32,402 bases of DNA from a virus (lineage: Duplodnaviria > Caudoviricetes): IMG/VR virus record IMGVR_UViG_3300048835_000060, positions 1 through 32,402 of that record. One strand, 5' to 3'. A model generated the notes under the pieces. That model worked only from the letters and a program-made list of their open reading frames with translations, made no database searches and had not been told where the DNA came from. The first letter of the stretch is position 1. Each line of letters begins with the position of its first letter. Positions 22,003 to 31,036 of the stretch are shown here, piece after piece. Made by a program: the position numbers and the translations under genes.

Positions 22003-22160
22003 CCTGCGCCAGTTGCCGCCACGCCAAGCCGCACCCGCTCGCAGCCGTCCGGCACCAGGTCTGCGCGCACCCGCGCGCCTACCGGCCGCATGGCGTGCTG
22101 CCGGCCACCGCCGTCGTGCTGGCGCGCACCGAGGGCCGCTGCTGGGCGGCGAAGCGATGA
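21999..22160 (+). CDS. Small Cys-rich protein
   Basis: MTCASCRH...C...C; coupled at both ends. Confidence 0.5.
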   Translation: MTCASCRHAKPHPLAAVRHQVCAHPRAYRPHGVLPATAVVLARTEGRCWAAKR

Positions 22161-22633
22161 TCGTCATCACACTTCCGTATCCGATCTCGGCCAACCGATA
22201 CTGGACGCAGTTCACCATCCGCGGTCGGCAGATGCAGGCGCCGTCGAAAGAGGCGAAGGTGTTCAAGCGCGAGGTCGCCGAGCGCGCTCTCGAGCAGGGC
22301 CTACGCAAGCCGATCGCCGGGCGCGTCGCCCTCACCCTGCGCCTGTACCCGCAACGCCCACAGGATGCCGCCCGACGCATTGCGCGCAATCCGATGAACT
22401 GGGATGACGACGTCCGCTGCCTGGACCTCGACAACAGCCAGAAGGTCGCGATCGATGCGTTGAAGGGCATCGTGTTCGAGGACGACAAGTGGGTGTGGCG
22501 GATCCTCGCCGAGCGCATGGAGCCCGATGGCGAAGCGCGCCTGGTCGTGGCCGTCGAGCCGATCATGCGCGTGTCGCCGCAGGCTGCGCTGCCGATCGAT
22601 GTTCCACGAGAAACCGAGGACTTCTTCGCGTGA
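22157..22633 (+). CDS. rusA: RusA family Holliday junction resolvase
   Basis: LPYPISANRYW; DLDN..K...DAL.G....DDK catalytic motif. Confidence 0.9.
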   Translation: MIVITLPYPISANRYWTQFTIRGRQMQAPSKEAKVFKREVAERALEQGLRKPIAGRVALTLRLYPQRPQDAARRIARNPMNWDDDVRCLDLDNSQKVAIDALKGIVFEDDKWVWRILAERMEPDGEARLVVAVEPIMRVSPQAALPIDVPRETEDFFA

Positions 22634-23217
22634 CCGACATCGACGCCATCGTCCCGGCGTCGGCCGACGAGGCTGACCGCGCCGCCTTCCGTTCGGTCGA
22701 GGCCGCGCTGCGCTTCGCCTATGGTCAGCGCCACCGCGGCGAGCCGGACAGTCTTGCCCGCCACCAGAAGCGCGAGGCCCGCGGCGCTCCGATGTTCGAG
22801 GACGCCGAGGAACGCGCGGCCTGGGCGGGGGCCATCCGTCGACGGCTGGAGACCCTGAGCCCGGCGCGGCGTTCCGTCCTGGTGGTCCGGTTTGCACCCC
22901 GCGCGTTGCCATGCTCGTGCCGGCGCCCCTGCTGCTCCGGTTGGGCCAAGAACGCGGAGTGGACCGAGGCATGTGCGGACCTGGTCGAGCTGTGCATCGA
23001 GGCTGTCGCGGGGCAGCTCGCGAACCGCCAGCTGCGCGCCGGGATCGTGCGAAAGTGGTCGGGCGAACGGGTCAACCTGGGCATCCTGGCTGAGCGCTGC
23101 GACGTGCATCGCAACACCGCCGGCAAGCAGGCGAAGCTCATCCGCAAGTGGCTGGACCGGCTCGAGCACCAGGCGCTGAAGGAGGCGGACCAATGCCTGG
23201 TCGGGGCCTCCAATTGA
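22630..23217 (+). CDS. Putative late-gene regulator (Q-like antiterminator position), Cys cluster plus C-terminal HTH
   Basis: Last early gene before the late promoter; FRSVEAALRFAY, CSCRRPCCSG, LAERCDVHRNT. Confidence 0.6.
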   Translation: MTDIDAIVPASADEADRAAFRSVEAALRFAYGQRHRGEPDSLARHQKREARGAPMFEDAEERAAWAGAIRRRLETLSPARRSVLVVRFAPRALPCSCRRPCCSGWAKNAEWTEACADLVELCIEAVAGQLANRQLRAGIVRKWSGERVNLGILAERCDVHRNTAGKQAKLIRKWLDRLEHQALKEADQCLVGASN

Positions 23218-23243
23218 CAGGCGTGTGCACTGCGTGCTGAAAT
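23214..23243 (+). promoter_or_regulatory. Candidate late promoter (pR'-like)
   Basis: TTGACA at 23214-23219 overlapping the stop codon; only a weak -10 (TGAAAT 23238-23243). Confidence 0.45.
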
Positions 23244-23282
23244 TGCGGGCAATTCAGGCACTGTGGATAGGTGCCCCAAGGA

Positions 23283-23325
23283 AGAGCCCGGCCGGTCGCG
23301 AGACCCGTCGGGCTTTCGTCTTTTC
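23283..23325 (+). terminator. Terminator-like hairpin after the late promoter (tR'-like)
   Basis: AGCCCG..GGTC-GCGA-GACC..CGGGCT followed by TTCGTCTTTT. Confidence 0.65.
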
Positions 23326-23355
23326 GGCCGGCTCCGCCCGGACCGCATCTTCCCC

Positions 23356-23505
23356 ATGCCACAAGACCTGATCGACCGCCTCGATGCGCTGATCGCGACT
23401 CAGGCCGCATTGGCCGAGGCGATCGGACGTCTGGCTCAGGCGGTCGCGATGATGGCTGGCGCCGACGATGAGCGGGAGCAGGTCCCGACCACGCTGGACG
23501 GGTGA
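23356..23505 (+). CDS. Small coiled-coil protein
   Basis: MPQDLIDRLDALI...TLDG; TGATG overlap with the packaging HNH. Confidence 0.55.
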   Translation: MPQDLIDRLDALIATQAALAEAIGRLAQAVAMMAGADDEREQVPTTLDG

Positions 23506-23816
23506 TGTCCCGCCTGACCACGCTCAAGCCGCGCATCGCCACGCTGGACACGCGCCGGGTGCGCCAGCTCGACGTGACGCCCGGTGCAACACCCAGGCAG
23601 CGCGGCCGACAAGGCATGACGCGCCGGGCACGGTGGCTCTCGCTGCATCCGCTGTGCGCGCACTGCGAGCAGGCAGGCAGGGTGACGCTGGCCGATGAGG
23701 TCGACCACATCGTGCCGCTGATCGAAGGTGGCGCGGACGACGAGTCGAACTTCCAGTCGCTGTGCTCGCCCTGCCACAAGGTCAAGACGGCGCGCGAGGC
23801 GAGTCGCAGGGGGTAG
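23505..23816 (+). CDS. Terminase-associated HNH endonuclease (HK97 gp74-like)
   Basis: PLCAHC...VDHIVPL..GG.DD..NFQSLC.PCH..KT; immediately upstream of terS. Confidence 0.88.
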   Translation: MSRLTTLKPRIATLDTRRVRQLDVTPGATPRQRGRQGMTRRARWLSLHPLCAHCEQAGRVTLADEVDHIVPLIEGGADDESNFQSLCSPCHKVKTAREASRRG

Positions 23817-23912
23817 GGGGGTGCGATCCTTGGAGGGTCGAGGCTCGGACACCGGGCGCTCCCTCACGCGGAGGTTTTTTTCTCGTCCGGAATTTCGAGC
23901 GAGTACCGCTTT
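23817..23912. other. Probable cos/packaging region
   Basis: Non-coding gap between HNH and terS with a G-run, GC-rich core and T-run; this position holds cos in HK97-like phages. Exact cut site cannot be determined. Confidence 0.5.
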
Positions 23913-24323
23913 ATGGCCAAAAACGAGAGAACCGGGCGACCCGCCCACCAGCCGACCGCGGCGACGCGCCGGAAGGTGACGAACGCGGCGGCCGGCGGCA
24001 TGGCGCACGAGGAAATCGCGATCGCGCTCGGGCTCCATCGCCATACGCTCGTGAAGCATTACGAGCACGAGCTCTCTGTCGGAGCCATGAACCGACGCGC
24101 CGAGGTGTACGACGCGATGGTGCGCACCGCATTGAAGGGCAACGTTGCGGCGCAGAAGGCGCTCCTCGCGATGACGCCAGCCCTCGCAGCGCCGCCGGTG
24201 GACGCCGAGAAGCCGCTCGGTAAGAAAGAGCAGGCCAACGCCGACGCGAGGACGGCCGCAGACGGTACCGAGTGGGCTGACCTGCTGCCGCCTGGCGTCT
24301 CTCCGCTGCGCAAGGCGGGCTGA
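23913..24323 (+). CDS. terS: Terminase small subunit
   Basis: GRP.H.PT, HTH EEIAIALGL...TL.KHY..EL, GNVAAQ, LGKKEQA; directly upstream of terL. Confidence 0.8.
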   Translation: MAKNERTGRPAHQPTAATRRKVTNAAAGGMAHEEIAIALGLHRHTLVKHYEHELSVGAMNRRAEVYDAMVRTALKGNVAAQKALLAMTPALAAPPVDAEKPLGKKEQANADARTAADGTEWADLLPPGVSPLRKAG

Positions 24324-26002
24324 TGGGCTGGAATCTCTCCTGCCGGGATTGGTGGGAGCGCCTGAAGTCTGGACGATCGCTCGTTCCGGATCTGCCGCTC
24401 ACGGAGGACGGCGACCGGGCGGTGCGGATCTTCAACAAGCTCCGCCTGGCCGACGTCCCGGGCACGCCGACGATGGAGGAGGCCGGCGGCGACTGGTTCC
24501 GCGACATCGTACGCGCGATGTTCGGTTGCATCGATCCGGTGACGCGCGAGCGGATGATCCGCGAGCTCTTCGGCCTGGTGCCGAAGAAGAACAGCAAAAC
24601 GACGGACGGCGCGTTGCTGATGCTGACGGCGCTACTTGTGAACCTGCGACCGCACGCATCGTTCGTCATGACGGCGCCGGTGCAGGACGTTGCTGACATC
24701 GCATTCGACGCGGCGGCCGGCGCGATCGATCTCGATCCGGTGCTCGCGAAGAAATTCCACGTGCGACCACATTTGAAGACGATCGTGCATCGCGAGACGA
24801 AGGCGACGCTCGAGATCATGACGTTCGACCCGGCCGTGCTCACCGGGCAGAAGATCTCGGGCGGCGCGCTCATCGACGAGCTGCACGTGTGCGCGAAGAT
24901 GAGCAAGGCGCCGAAGGCGCTGCGCCAGATCCGCGGCGGGATGCTGCCGTTCCCGGAGTCGTTCCTCGCCTTCATCACGACGCAGAGCGACGAGCCGCCC
25001 GTTGGGGTATTTGCCGAGGAGCTTGCGAAGGCCCGGGAGATTCGTGACGGGAAGCGCGAAGGCGCAATGCTGCCAGTGCTCTTCGAGTTCCCACGGGACG
25101 TGCAGCAATCGCAGGATCGTCGCTGGGAAGACCCCGCCCTGTGGTCGCTGGTCACCCCGAACCTTGGCAAGTCGATCACCCTCGAGCGGCTGAAGGCCGA
25201 TCACGCGGACGCCAAGGCGACGAGCGAGGCAGAGCTGCGCGTATGGGCTTCGCAGCACCTGAACGTCGAGATCGGCCTGGCGCTGATGTCCGACCGGTGG
25301 GCGGGTGCGGACTTCTGGGAGCGCTGCGGCGACCCCTCGCTCACCCTGGACGCGCTACTCGAGCGATCCGAGGTCGCTGTGGTCGGCATCGACGGCGGCG
25401 GCCTGGACGACCTGCTCGGGCTGGTGGTGCTGGGGCGCGAGCGCAATACGCGCCGGTGGCTGCACTGGGCGCATGCCTGGGCGCACGAGATCGTGCTGGA
25501 GCGGCGCAAGGAGCTCGAGCCGAAGCTTCGCGACCTTGAGCGTGCCGGGGATCTGAGCATCGTGCAGTCGCCCGGCGAGGACGTCGAGGAGCTTTCCGAC
25601 GTCGTCTGTCGCGTGCGCGATGCGGGCCTGCTACCGGACAAGCATGCAATCGGCGTCGACGCCGCCGGCATCGGGGCGATCGTCGACGCGATCACCTCCC
25701 CCGATCGTGACATCAGCATCGACCAGATCGTCGCCGTGTCGCAGGGGTGGAAGCTCAACGGCGCCATCAAGACGGCCGAGCGTGCGCTGGCCGGCGGCGA
25801 TCTCACTCACTGCGCTCAGCCGCTCATGGCGTGGGCCGCAGGTAACGCGAAGGTGGTGCCAGTGGGGAATGCCGTGACGATCACGAAGCAGGCCAGTGGC
25901 AGCGCGAAGATCGACCCGTTGATGGCGACCTTCAACGCGGTCACGCTGATGGCCCTCAACCCGCAGACTGAACTGCACGACGGCGAGGTCACCTTCGTAT
26001 GA
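24323..26002 (+). CDS. terL: Terminase large subunit
   Basis: Walker A VPKKNSKTT, Walker B LIDELH, coupling motif ITTQ, nuclease GIDGGGLDDL and KIDPLMA. Confidence 0.95.
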   Translation: MGWNLSCRDWWERLKSGRSLVPDLPLTEDGDRAVRIFNKLRLADVPGTPTMEEAGGDWFRDIVRAMFGCIDPVTRERMIRELFGLVPKKNSKTTDGALLMLTALLVNLRPHASFVMTAPVQDVADIAFDAAAGAIDLDPVLAKKFHVRPHLKTIVHRETKATLEIMTFDPAVLTGQKISGGALIDELHVCAKMSKAPKALRQIRGGMLPFPESFLAFITTQSDEPPVGVFAEELAKAREIRDGKREGAMLPVLFEFPRDVQQSQDRRWEDPALWSLVTPNLGKSITLERLKADHADAKATSEAELRVWASQHLNVEIGLALMSDRWAGADFWERCGDPSLTLDALLERSEVAVVGIDGGGLDDLLGLVVLGRERNTRRWLHWAHAWAHEIVLERRKELEPKLRDLERAGDLSIVQSPGEDVEELSDVVCRVRDAGLLPDKHAIGVDAAGIGAIVDAITSPDRDISIDQIVAVSQGWKLNGAIKTAERALAGGDLTHCAQPLMAWAAGNAKVVPVGNAVTITKQASGSAKIDPLMATFNAVTLMALNPQTELHDGEVTFV

Positions 26003-26154
26003 ACCCCGTCGTCTACAACGCTACCGTCGGCGTCGGCGTCGTGCTGGCGTCAGTCGGGGCCGGTGCGCAGTTCGGCTGGCCGGTTGGCCTGATCGTGGCC
26101 GGTGCCATGCTGATCGGCCTGTCGGTGTACACGCTGCGGGTGTTGGTGCGCTGA
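25999..26154 (+). CDS. Small two-TM membrane protein between terL and portal (not in ORF track)
   Basis: MNPVVYNATVGVGVVLASVGAGAQFGWPVGLIVAGAMLIGLSVYTLRVLVR*; coupled at both ends. Confidence 0.65.
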   Translation: MNPVVYNATVGVGVVLASVGAGAQFGWPVGLIVAGAMLIGLSVYTLRVLVR

Positions 26155-27626
26155 TGTTCATCACCGCATCGATGCTCACGGCCGGGCCTGCCGCGTCGGA
26201 CGACTTCTGGTACGGACCGGTTGGCGCGGTGTCGGCGTCGGGGGCTACCGTCTCGGCGGATTCGTCGCTGCGGCTTTCGGTGGTCTTTGCGTGCGTGCGC
26301 GTGCTCTCGGAGTCAGTCGCGAAGATCCCGCTGCGGATGATGCGGGGCGTCAACGAGGTGGTCACGGATCACCCATTGTCGCGCCTGGTCTCGCGCCGGC
26401 CGAATCGCTGGCAGACGGCGTTCGAGTTCCGGGAGATGCTGCAGGGCCACCTGTGCCTGCGCTCGAACGCCTATGCGCAGGTCGTCTACGCACCGAACGG
26501 CGACCCGGTCGAGCTGGTGCCGCTGCATCCGGATCGGGTGACCCCTGAGCAGATTGGGGATTTCGCGCTGCGGTATCGGGTGGCCGACTGGCAGGGCCGG
26601 CAGCGCACGCTGACGCAGGACGAGGTGCTGCATCTGCGGCAATTGCCGCTCGACGGCTTCAGCGGACTGTCGATGGTGGCGGCGCAACGCGAGCCGATCG
26701 GGTCGGCGCTCTCGGCACAGGAGTACGCCGGGCGGTTCTTCAAGAACGGCGCGAAGCACGGCGGCATGTGGATCGAGATGCCGGGGAAGTTCGAGAACGA
26801 CGATGCGCGCGCGAAGTTCCGCGCCGCGTGGCGGACGTCGCTGTCCGGATCGAACGCGTTCGACACGCCGGTGATGGATCGCGGGATGAAGCTGCACGAG
26901 CTCGGCATGACGAACGCCGACGCGCAGTTCATCGAGAGCCGCAAGTACAGCGACAGCGACCTGTGCCGGATGTTCCTGGTGCCGCCGCACATGGTCGGGA
27001 TTCTCGACCGGGCGACGAACAACAACATCGAGCAGCAGTCGGCGGAGTTCTACCAGGGCACGCTGATGGCGCTCTTCCGGCGGTGGGAAGAGGCGTTTGA
27101 GGTGCAGCTGCTCACCGAAGACGAGGCGGACGATCTGCGCATCGAGTTCGACGTCAAGCAGCTGCTGCGCGCGAACTCCGAGGCGCGCTCGACGTACTGG
27201 CACAACGCGATCTCGGACGGCTGGCTGACGCGCAACGAGGTGCGGCGCGAGGAAGGGTACGAGCCGCTGCCGGGTCTGGACGAGCCGCTGCACCCGCTGA
27301 ACATGGGGTCGAATGGTGGTGCGCCGGGGGCCCCGAGGAACGGCCGTGCGCAGGCGATCCTCGAGGCGGCGGCCGATCGGGTCGTCGTGCGCGAGTGCAA
27401 CGCGTTGGCGCGGATGATCGGGCGGCACGCGGGGATGGAGGCCGCGGCGGACTTCTACGCGCGGCATGCGCCGTGGATGGCGAGCGTGATGGCGATCGAT
27501 CTTGCGGTCGCCGAGCGCGCGTGCGAGCGCCGGTTCGACGAGTTGCGCGCCGAGGGCGGCTCGAGCCAGTTGATCGATGAATGGCGCGAGCTGGGCGGCG
27601 CCGAACTGCTGAGGATCATGCAATGA
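26154..27626 (+). CDS. Portal protein, HK97 family
   Basis: VFACVRVLSESVA.IP, PNRWQT..EF, L.PLHP.RV, DAQFIESRK, F.VPPHMVG, NNIEQQ, T.NEVR..EG..PL.G. Confidence 0.95.
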   Translation: MFITASMLTAGPAASDDFWYGPVGAVSASGATVSADSSLRLSVVFACVRVLSESVAKIPLRMMRGVNEVVTDHPLSRLVSRRPNRWQTAFEFREMLQGHLCLRSNAYAQVVYAPNGDPVELVPLHPDRVTPEQIGDFALRYRVADWQGRQRTLTQDEVLHLRQLPLDGFSGLSMVAAQREPIGSALSAQEYAGRFFKNGAKHGGMWIEMPGKFENDDARAKFRAAWRTSLSGSNAFDTPVMDRGMKLHELGMTNADAQFIESRKYSDSDLCRMFLVPPHMVGILDRATNNNIEQQSAEFYQGTLMALFRRWEEAFEVQLLTEDEADDLRIEFDVKQLLRANSEARSTYWHNAISDGWLTRNEVRREEGYEPLPGLDEPLHPLNMGSNGGAPGAPRNGRAQAILEAAADRVVVRECNALARMIGRHAGMEAAADFYARHAPWMASVMAIDLAVAERACERRFDELRAEGGSSQLIDEWRELGGAELLRIMQ

Positions 27627-28534
27627 ACCCTGTTCTCGCGGCGCTGCTGGCGCAGGTCTGGGCGCTCGATGCGACGGTGATGCACCGTCTCGCCGAGGTC
27701 ATCGAACGCCACGCGACCGGCGCGCGGCTCGATCAGGTGCAGCTCGAGGCGGCGATCGGAACGGCGCCACAGGCGGCGCAGGCGAGGCGCGATGCCTCGG
27801 CCGGCGCGCAGGGCGGTGTCGCGGTGCTGCCGCTCTACGGGGTGGTGGCCCACCGTGCGCACATGGTGCGCAACGTCTCCGGACCGGGCGGCACGTCGAC
27901 CGAGCTGTTCGGCCACGCGTTCCGCACGGCGCTGGCCGACGACCAGGTCGGGGCGATTCTGCTCGACGTGGACTCGCCGGGCGGGGCGGTGGCTGGCACG
28001 CCAGAGCTCGTCGACCTGATCTATGGCGCGCGCGGGCAGGGCAAGCCGATCGTGGCGAGCGCAAACGCGCTTGCCGCGTCGGCGGCCTACTGGATCGCCT
28101 CGGCCGCCGACGAGTTCGTCGTGACGCCGTCCGGTTCGGTGGGGTCGATCGGCGTACTGGCGGCGCACGAGGATCGCAGCGAGGCCGCGGCGAAAGAGGG
28201 TCGTCGCATCACCTACGTGACGGCCGGCAAGTTCAAGGCCGAGGGCAATCCCCACGAGCCGCTGTCGGACGAGGCGCGCGCCGAGGTGCAGCGCATGGTC
28301 GATCACGCCTACGGGGTGCTGGTCGAGTCGATCGCGCGCAACCGCGGGGTGTCCGTGCAGGCGGTGCGCGAGGGTTACGGCGAGGGCCGGGTGTTTCACG
28401 CGAAACAGGCGCTCGCCGCCGGGATGGTCGATCGGGTTGAGTCGTTCGACGAGACGCTGGCGCGGCTGGCGAACCCCCGTCGGCGTTCGAGGATTTCGGC
28501 TGCACGCAACGCCGTGCGGCTGGCCGAGGTGTGA
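27623..28534 (+). CDS. Prohead protease, S49 family
   Basis: ILLDVDSPGG, AASAAYWIASAAD, VGSIGV, AGKFKAEG; ATG 27623. Confidence 0.92.
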   Translation: MNPVLAALLAQVWALDATVMHRLAEVIERHATGARLDQVQLEAAIGTAPQAAQARRDASAGAQGGVAVLPLYGVVAHRAHMVRNVSGPGGTSTELFGHAFRTALADDQVGAILLDVDSPGGAVAGTPELVDLIYGARGQGKPIVASANALAASAAYWIASAADEFVVTPSGSVGSIGVLAAHEDRSEAAAKEGRRITYVTAGKFKAEGNPHEPLSDEARAEVQRMVDHAYGVLVESIARNRGVSVQAVREGYGEGRVFHAKQALAAGMVDRVESFDETLARLANPRRRSRISAARNAVRLAEV

Positions 28535-28571
28535 GTCTCATGCAGGCCCGAAGGTCTGCGAACAGTGAACC

Positions 28572-28598
28572 GGGCGCCTCGAGCGCCCTTTCTTTTTT
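28572..28598 (+). terminator. Terminator-like hairpin upstream of the capsid gene
   Basis: GGGCGC-CTCGA-GCGCCC followed by TTTCTTTTTT. Confidence 0.55.
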
Positions 28599-28613
28599 CC
28601 AGAGGGAACCAGC

Positions 28614-29942
28614 ATGAACAAGGCACTCCGCGCGCTCCTGGCGCGCAAATCGCAGTACGTGGCACAGGCGCGCGCGCTGACCGACCTGGCGGCGAAGGAA
28701 GAGCGCGACCTGTCGGCCGAGGAACAGACGTCGTTCGACGGCCTGATGGCGCAAGTCGACGCGCTCGCGCCGCAGATCGAGCGCGAGCAGCGCCTGATCG
28801 AAGCCGAGCGGACGATGGCCGGGCAGCCGCTCGACCTGCCGGACGGCAGCCGGATCGAGGCCGGGGCCCCGCAGGCGGCGCGTGACCCTCAGCGCGGTTT
28901 CGCGCACTTCGGCGAATACCTGAACGCCGTGCGGATGGCGAGCGTGCGTCCCCAGGCGGCCGACGAGCGGCTGCTCATCCTGTCCGCCGGTCCGACGACC
29001 TACGCCAACGAGACGGTCGGCGCCGACGGCGGGTTCCTCGTGCCGCCGCAGTACAGCACCGAGATCGCCTCGGTGATCGAGTCGGGCGAGTCGCTCTTCT
29101 CGCGCGTGCGCCAGATCCCGGTGACGGGGAACTCGTTCGTGTTCCCGAAGTCCGAGGTCACGGCGCACGGCACGACCGGCATCCAGGCGTACTGGGACGG
29201 CGAGGGCGACCAGATCACGCAGTCGAAGCCCGTGTTCAAGAACTCCGAGATTAAGGCGAGCCGCCTGACCGCGCTCGTGCCGGTGACCGAAGAGTCGCTC
29301 GAGGATGCGGCCGCGCTGGGCGCCTGGGTGCAGATGGAGGCCGGCGAGAAGATGGGCTTCAAGGTAACCGACGGCATCCTGAACGGGAACGGCGTCGGGA
29401 TGCCGCTGGGCATCATGAACGCGCCGTGCCTGGTGACGGTGAGCAAGGAGGGCTCGCAAGCGGCCGATACGCTGCTCGCCGAGAACGTCCTGAAGATGTT
29501 CAGCCGCATGCCAGCGCGCAACCGCGCGAACGCCGTGTGGATCATCAACCAGGACCTCGAGCCGCTGCTGCCGGGTCTGTTCGTCGCGATCAAGAACGTC
29601 GCGGGCACGGAGAACGTCGGCGGGATGCCGGTGTACGTTCCCCCGGGCGGGCTGACGGGCTCGCAGTACGGCACGCTGCTCGGGCGTCCGATCGTGATGA
29701 CCGAGGCGTGCGCCGCGGTGGGCGACCTGGGCGACATCGTGTTCGCCGACCTGCGCCAGTACATGGCGATCATCAAGGGCGGCATCAAGTCGGACCAGTC
29801 GATGCACTTCTGGTTCGACCAGAACATCCGCGCGTTCCGCTTCGTGCTGCGCATGGGCGGCATGCCGTGGCTGGCGGCCGCGATCGCCCGCAAGAACGGC
29901 TCGAACACCCTGAGCCACTTCGTCACCCTGCAGGCGCGCTGA
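28614..29942 (+). CDS. Major capsid protein, HK97 fold with N-terminal delta (scaffold) domain
   Basis: Coiled-coil N-terminus; DGGFLVP, W.GEG, ILNGNG.G.PLGI, TLLGRPI, GDIVFADL. Confidence 0.95.
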   Translation: MNKALRALLARKSQYVAQARALTDLAAKEERDLSAEEQTSFDGLMAQVDALAPQIEREQRLIEAERTMAGQPLDLPDGSRIEAGAPQAARDPQRGFAHFGEYLNAVRMASVRPQAADERLLILSAGPTTYANETVGADGGFLVPPQYSTEIASVIESGESLFSRVRQIPVTGNSFVFPKSEVTAHGTTGIQAYWDGEGDQITQSKPVFKNSEIKASRLTALVPVTEESLEDAAALGAWVQMEAGEKMGFKVTDGILNGNGVGMPLGIMNAPCLVTVSKEGSQAADTLLAENVLKMFSRMPARNRANAVWIINQDLEPLLPGLFVAIKNVAGTENVGGMPVYVPPGGLTGSQYGTLLGRPIVMTEACAAVGDLGDIVFADLRQYMAIIKGGIKSDQSMHFWFDQNIRAFRFVLRMGGMPWLAAAIARKNGSNTLSHFVTLQAR

Positions 29943-29968
29943 TCGCCGGCTGACCAAGGAGATTCAAC

Positions 29969-30454
29969 ATGAATGTCAATGCACGACTGGACGAGCAGGT
30001 TGCGCTGGTGCAAGCCACCGCGATCGCTGCGCTCGCCACCACGGCCGGCGACGCCGCCTTCGTTTCGATGAAGGGTTACGAGCGCTGCTGCATCGTCATC
30101 GATGTCACCAACGGTTCGACGGTGACCGGCGGTGCGGTCACCCTGATCCAGGCGAAGGAGGTCGCGGGCACGACCACGAAGGCGCTCGGCTTCACGCGGA
30201 TGCTGGCGAACACCGACGTGGCTGCCGCGCAGACGCTGACCGAGACGGCGGTGTCCGGCGATACGTTCACGACCAACACGACCAACAGCAAGCGGCTGCG
30301 GTACGTGCTGGACGTGGCGGCGTCCGACCTGGATGGCCAGAACGGCTACGACTGCCTGCGGGTGGACGTGGCCAGCATGGCGAACGCGACCGGCATGGTG
30401 TCGTACATCTTGTACGGGGCCAAGTACAGCGGCATGTCGCCGATGGCGGACTGA
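29969..30454 (+). CDS. Putative capsid decoration/structural protein
   Basis: AAGGAG RBS; directly after the capsid gene; Thr/Ala-rich beta composition. Confidence 0.6.
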   Translation: MNVNARLDEQVALVQATAIAALATTAGDAAFVSMKGYERCCIVIDVTNGSTVTGGAVTLIQAKEVAGTTTKALGFTRMLANTDVAAAQTLTETAVSGDTFTTNTTNSKRLRYVLDVAASDLDGQNGYDCLRVDVASMANATGMVSYILYGAKYSGMSPMAD

Positions 30455-30473
30455 CCTGACGCCGCAACCCGAG

Positions 30474-30509
30474 AACGGCCGCTCTTCACCGGGCGGCCGT
30501 TTCCATTTC
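30474..30509 (+). terminator. Hairpin / possible terminator
   Basis: AACGGCCGCTC pairs with GGGCGGCCGTT, followed by TCCATTT. Confidence 0.55.
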
Positions 30510-30520
30510 CAGAGGACACC

Positions 30521-31036
30521 ATGAAGACCATCCGCCACATCCTCGCCAGCCTCGCGCTGGCCTTCGTCACCGCCGTGTCGTTCGCGCCGCAAGCGCAGGC
30601 GCAGGCGCTGACCAACTATGCCGAGAACAAGATCGTCGACGCGGTGTTCCGCGGCCAGACGCTCGGCGCGCCGGCCACCTTCTACGTGGCGCTCTACACG
30701 GCGGCCTGCAACGATGCGGGCGGCGGCACCGAGGTCACCGGCGGCAGTTACGCCCGCGTCGCGGTCACGTCGAGCCTGGCGAACTGGGCCGGCACGCAGT
30801 CGGCAGGATCGACCACGGCGTCGAGCGGCACCGGCGGCCAGACCTCGAACAACGCGGCGATCACATTCCCCGCGCCGACCGCCAACTGGGGCACGGTGAC
30901 GCACTTCGCGCTGCTCGACGCGTCGACGGCCGGGAACATGTGGGTGTGCCAGTCGCTGACGGCCAGTAAGACGATAAATTCGGGGGACTCAGCCCCGAGC
31001 TTTGCGATCGGCGCCCTCACGGTAACGTTCCAGTAA
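30521..31036 (+). CDS. Virion structural protein-like domain preceded by a Sec signal peptide
   Basis: NY.EN...D, YVAL.TA, GGTEV.GG.YARVAV, N.AAITFP..TANWGTVTHF...DA, KTI..GD..F..GAL recalled from a common virion protein family; N-terminus MKTIRHILASLALAFVTAVSFAPQAQA. Confidence 0.7.
   Translation: MKTIRHILASLALAFVTAVSFAPQAQAQALTNYAENKIVDAVFRGQTLGAPATFYVALYTAACNDAGGGTEVTGGSYARVAVTSSLANWAGTQSAGSTTASSGTGGQTSNNAAITFPAPTANWGTVTHFALLDASTAGNMWVCQSLTASKTINSGDSAPSFAIGALTVTFQ

Noticed and set aside
23505-23816. Counting this HNH as another homing element
   Set aside because: Size, CxxC motifs, genome-typical GC and position before terS match the HK97 gp74-type packaging cofactor.
19397-26002. Inteins or introns in the primase-helicase or terminase
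   Set aside because: Both have ordinary lengths and uninterrupted motif order; no splicing motifs seen.
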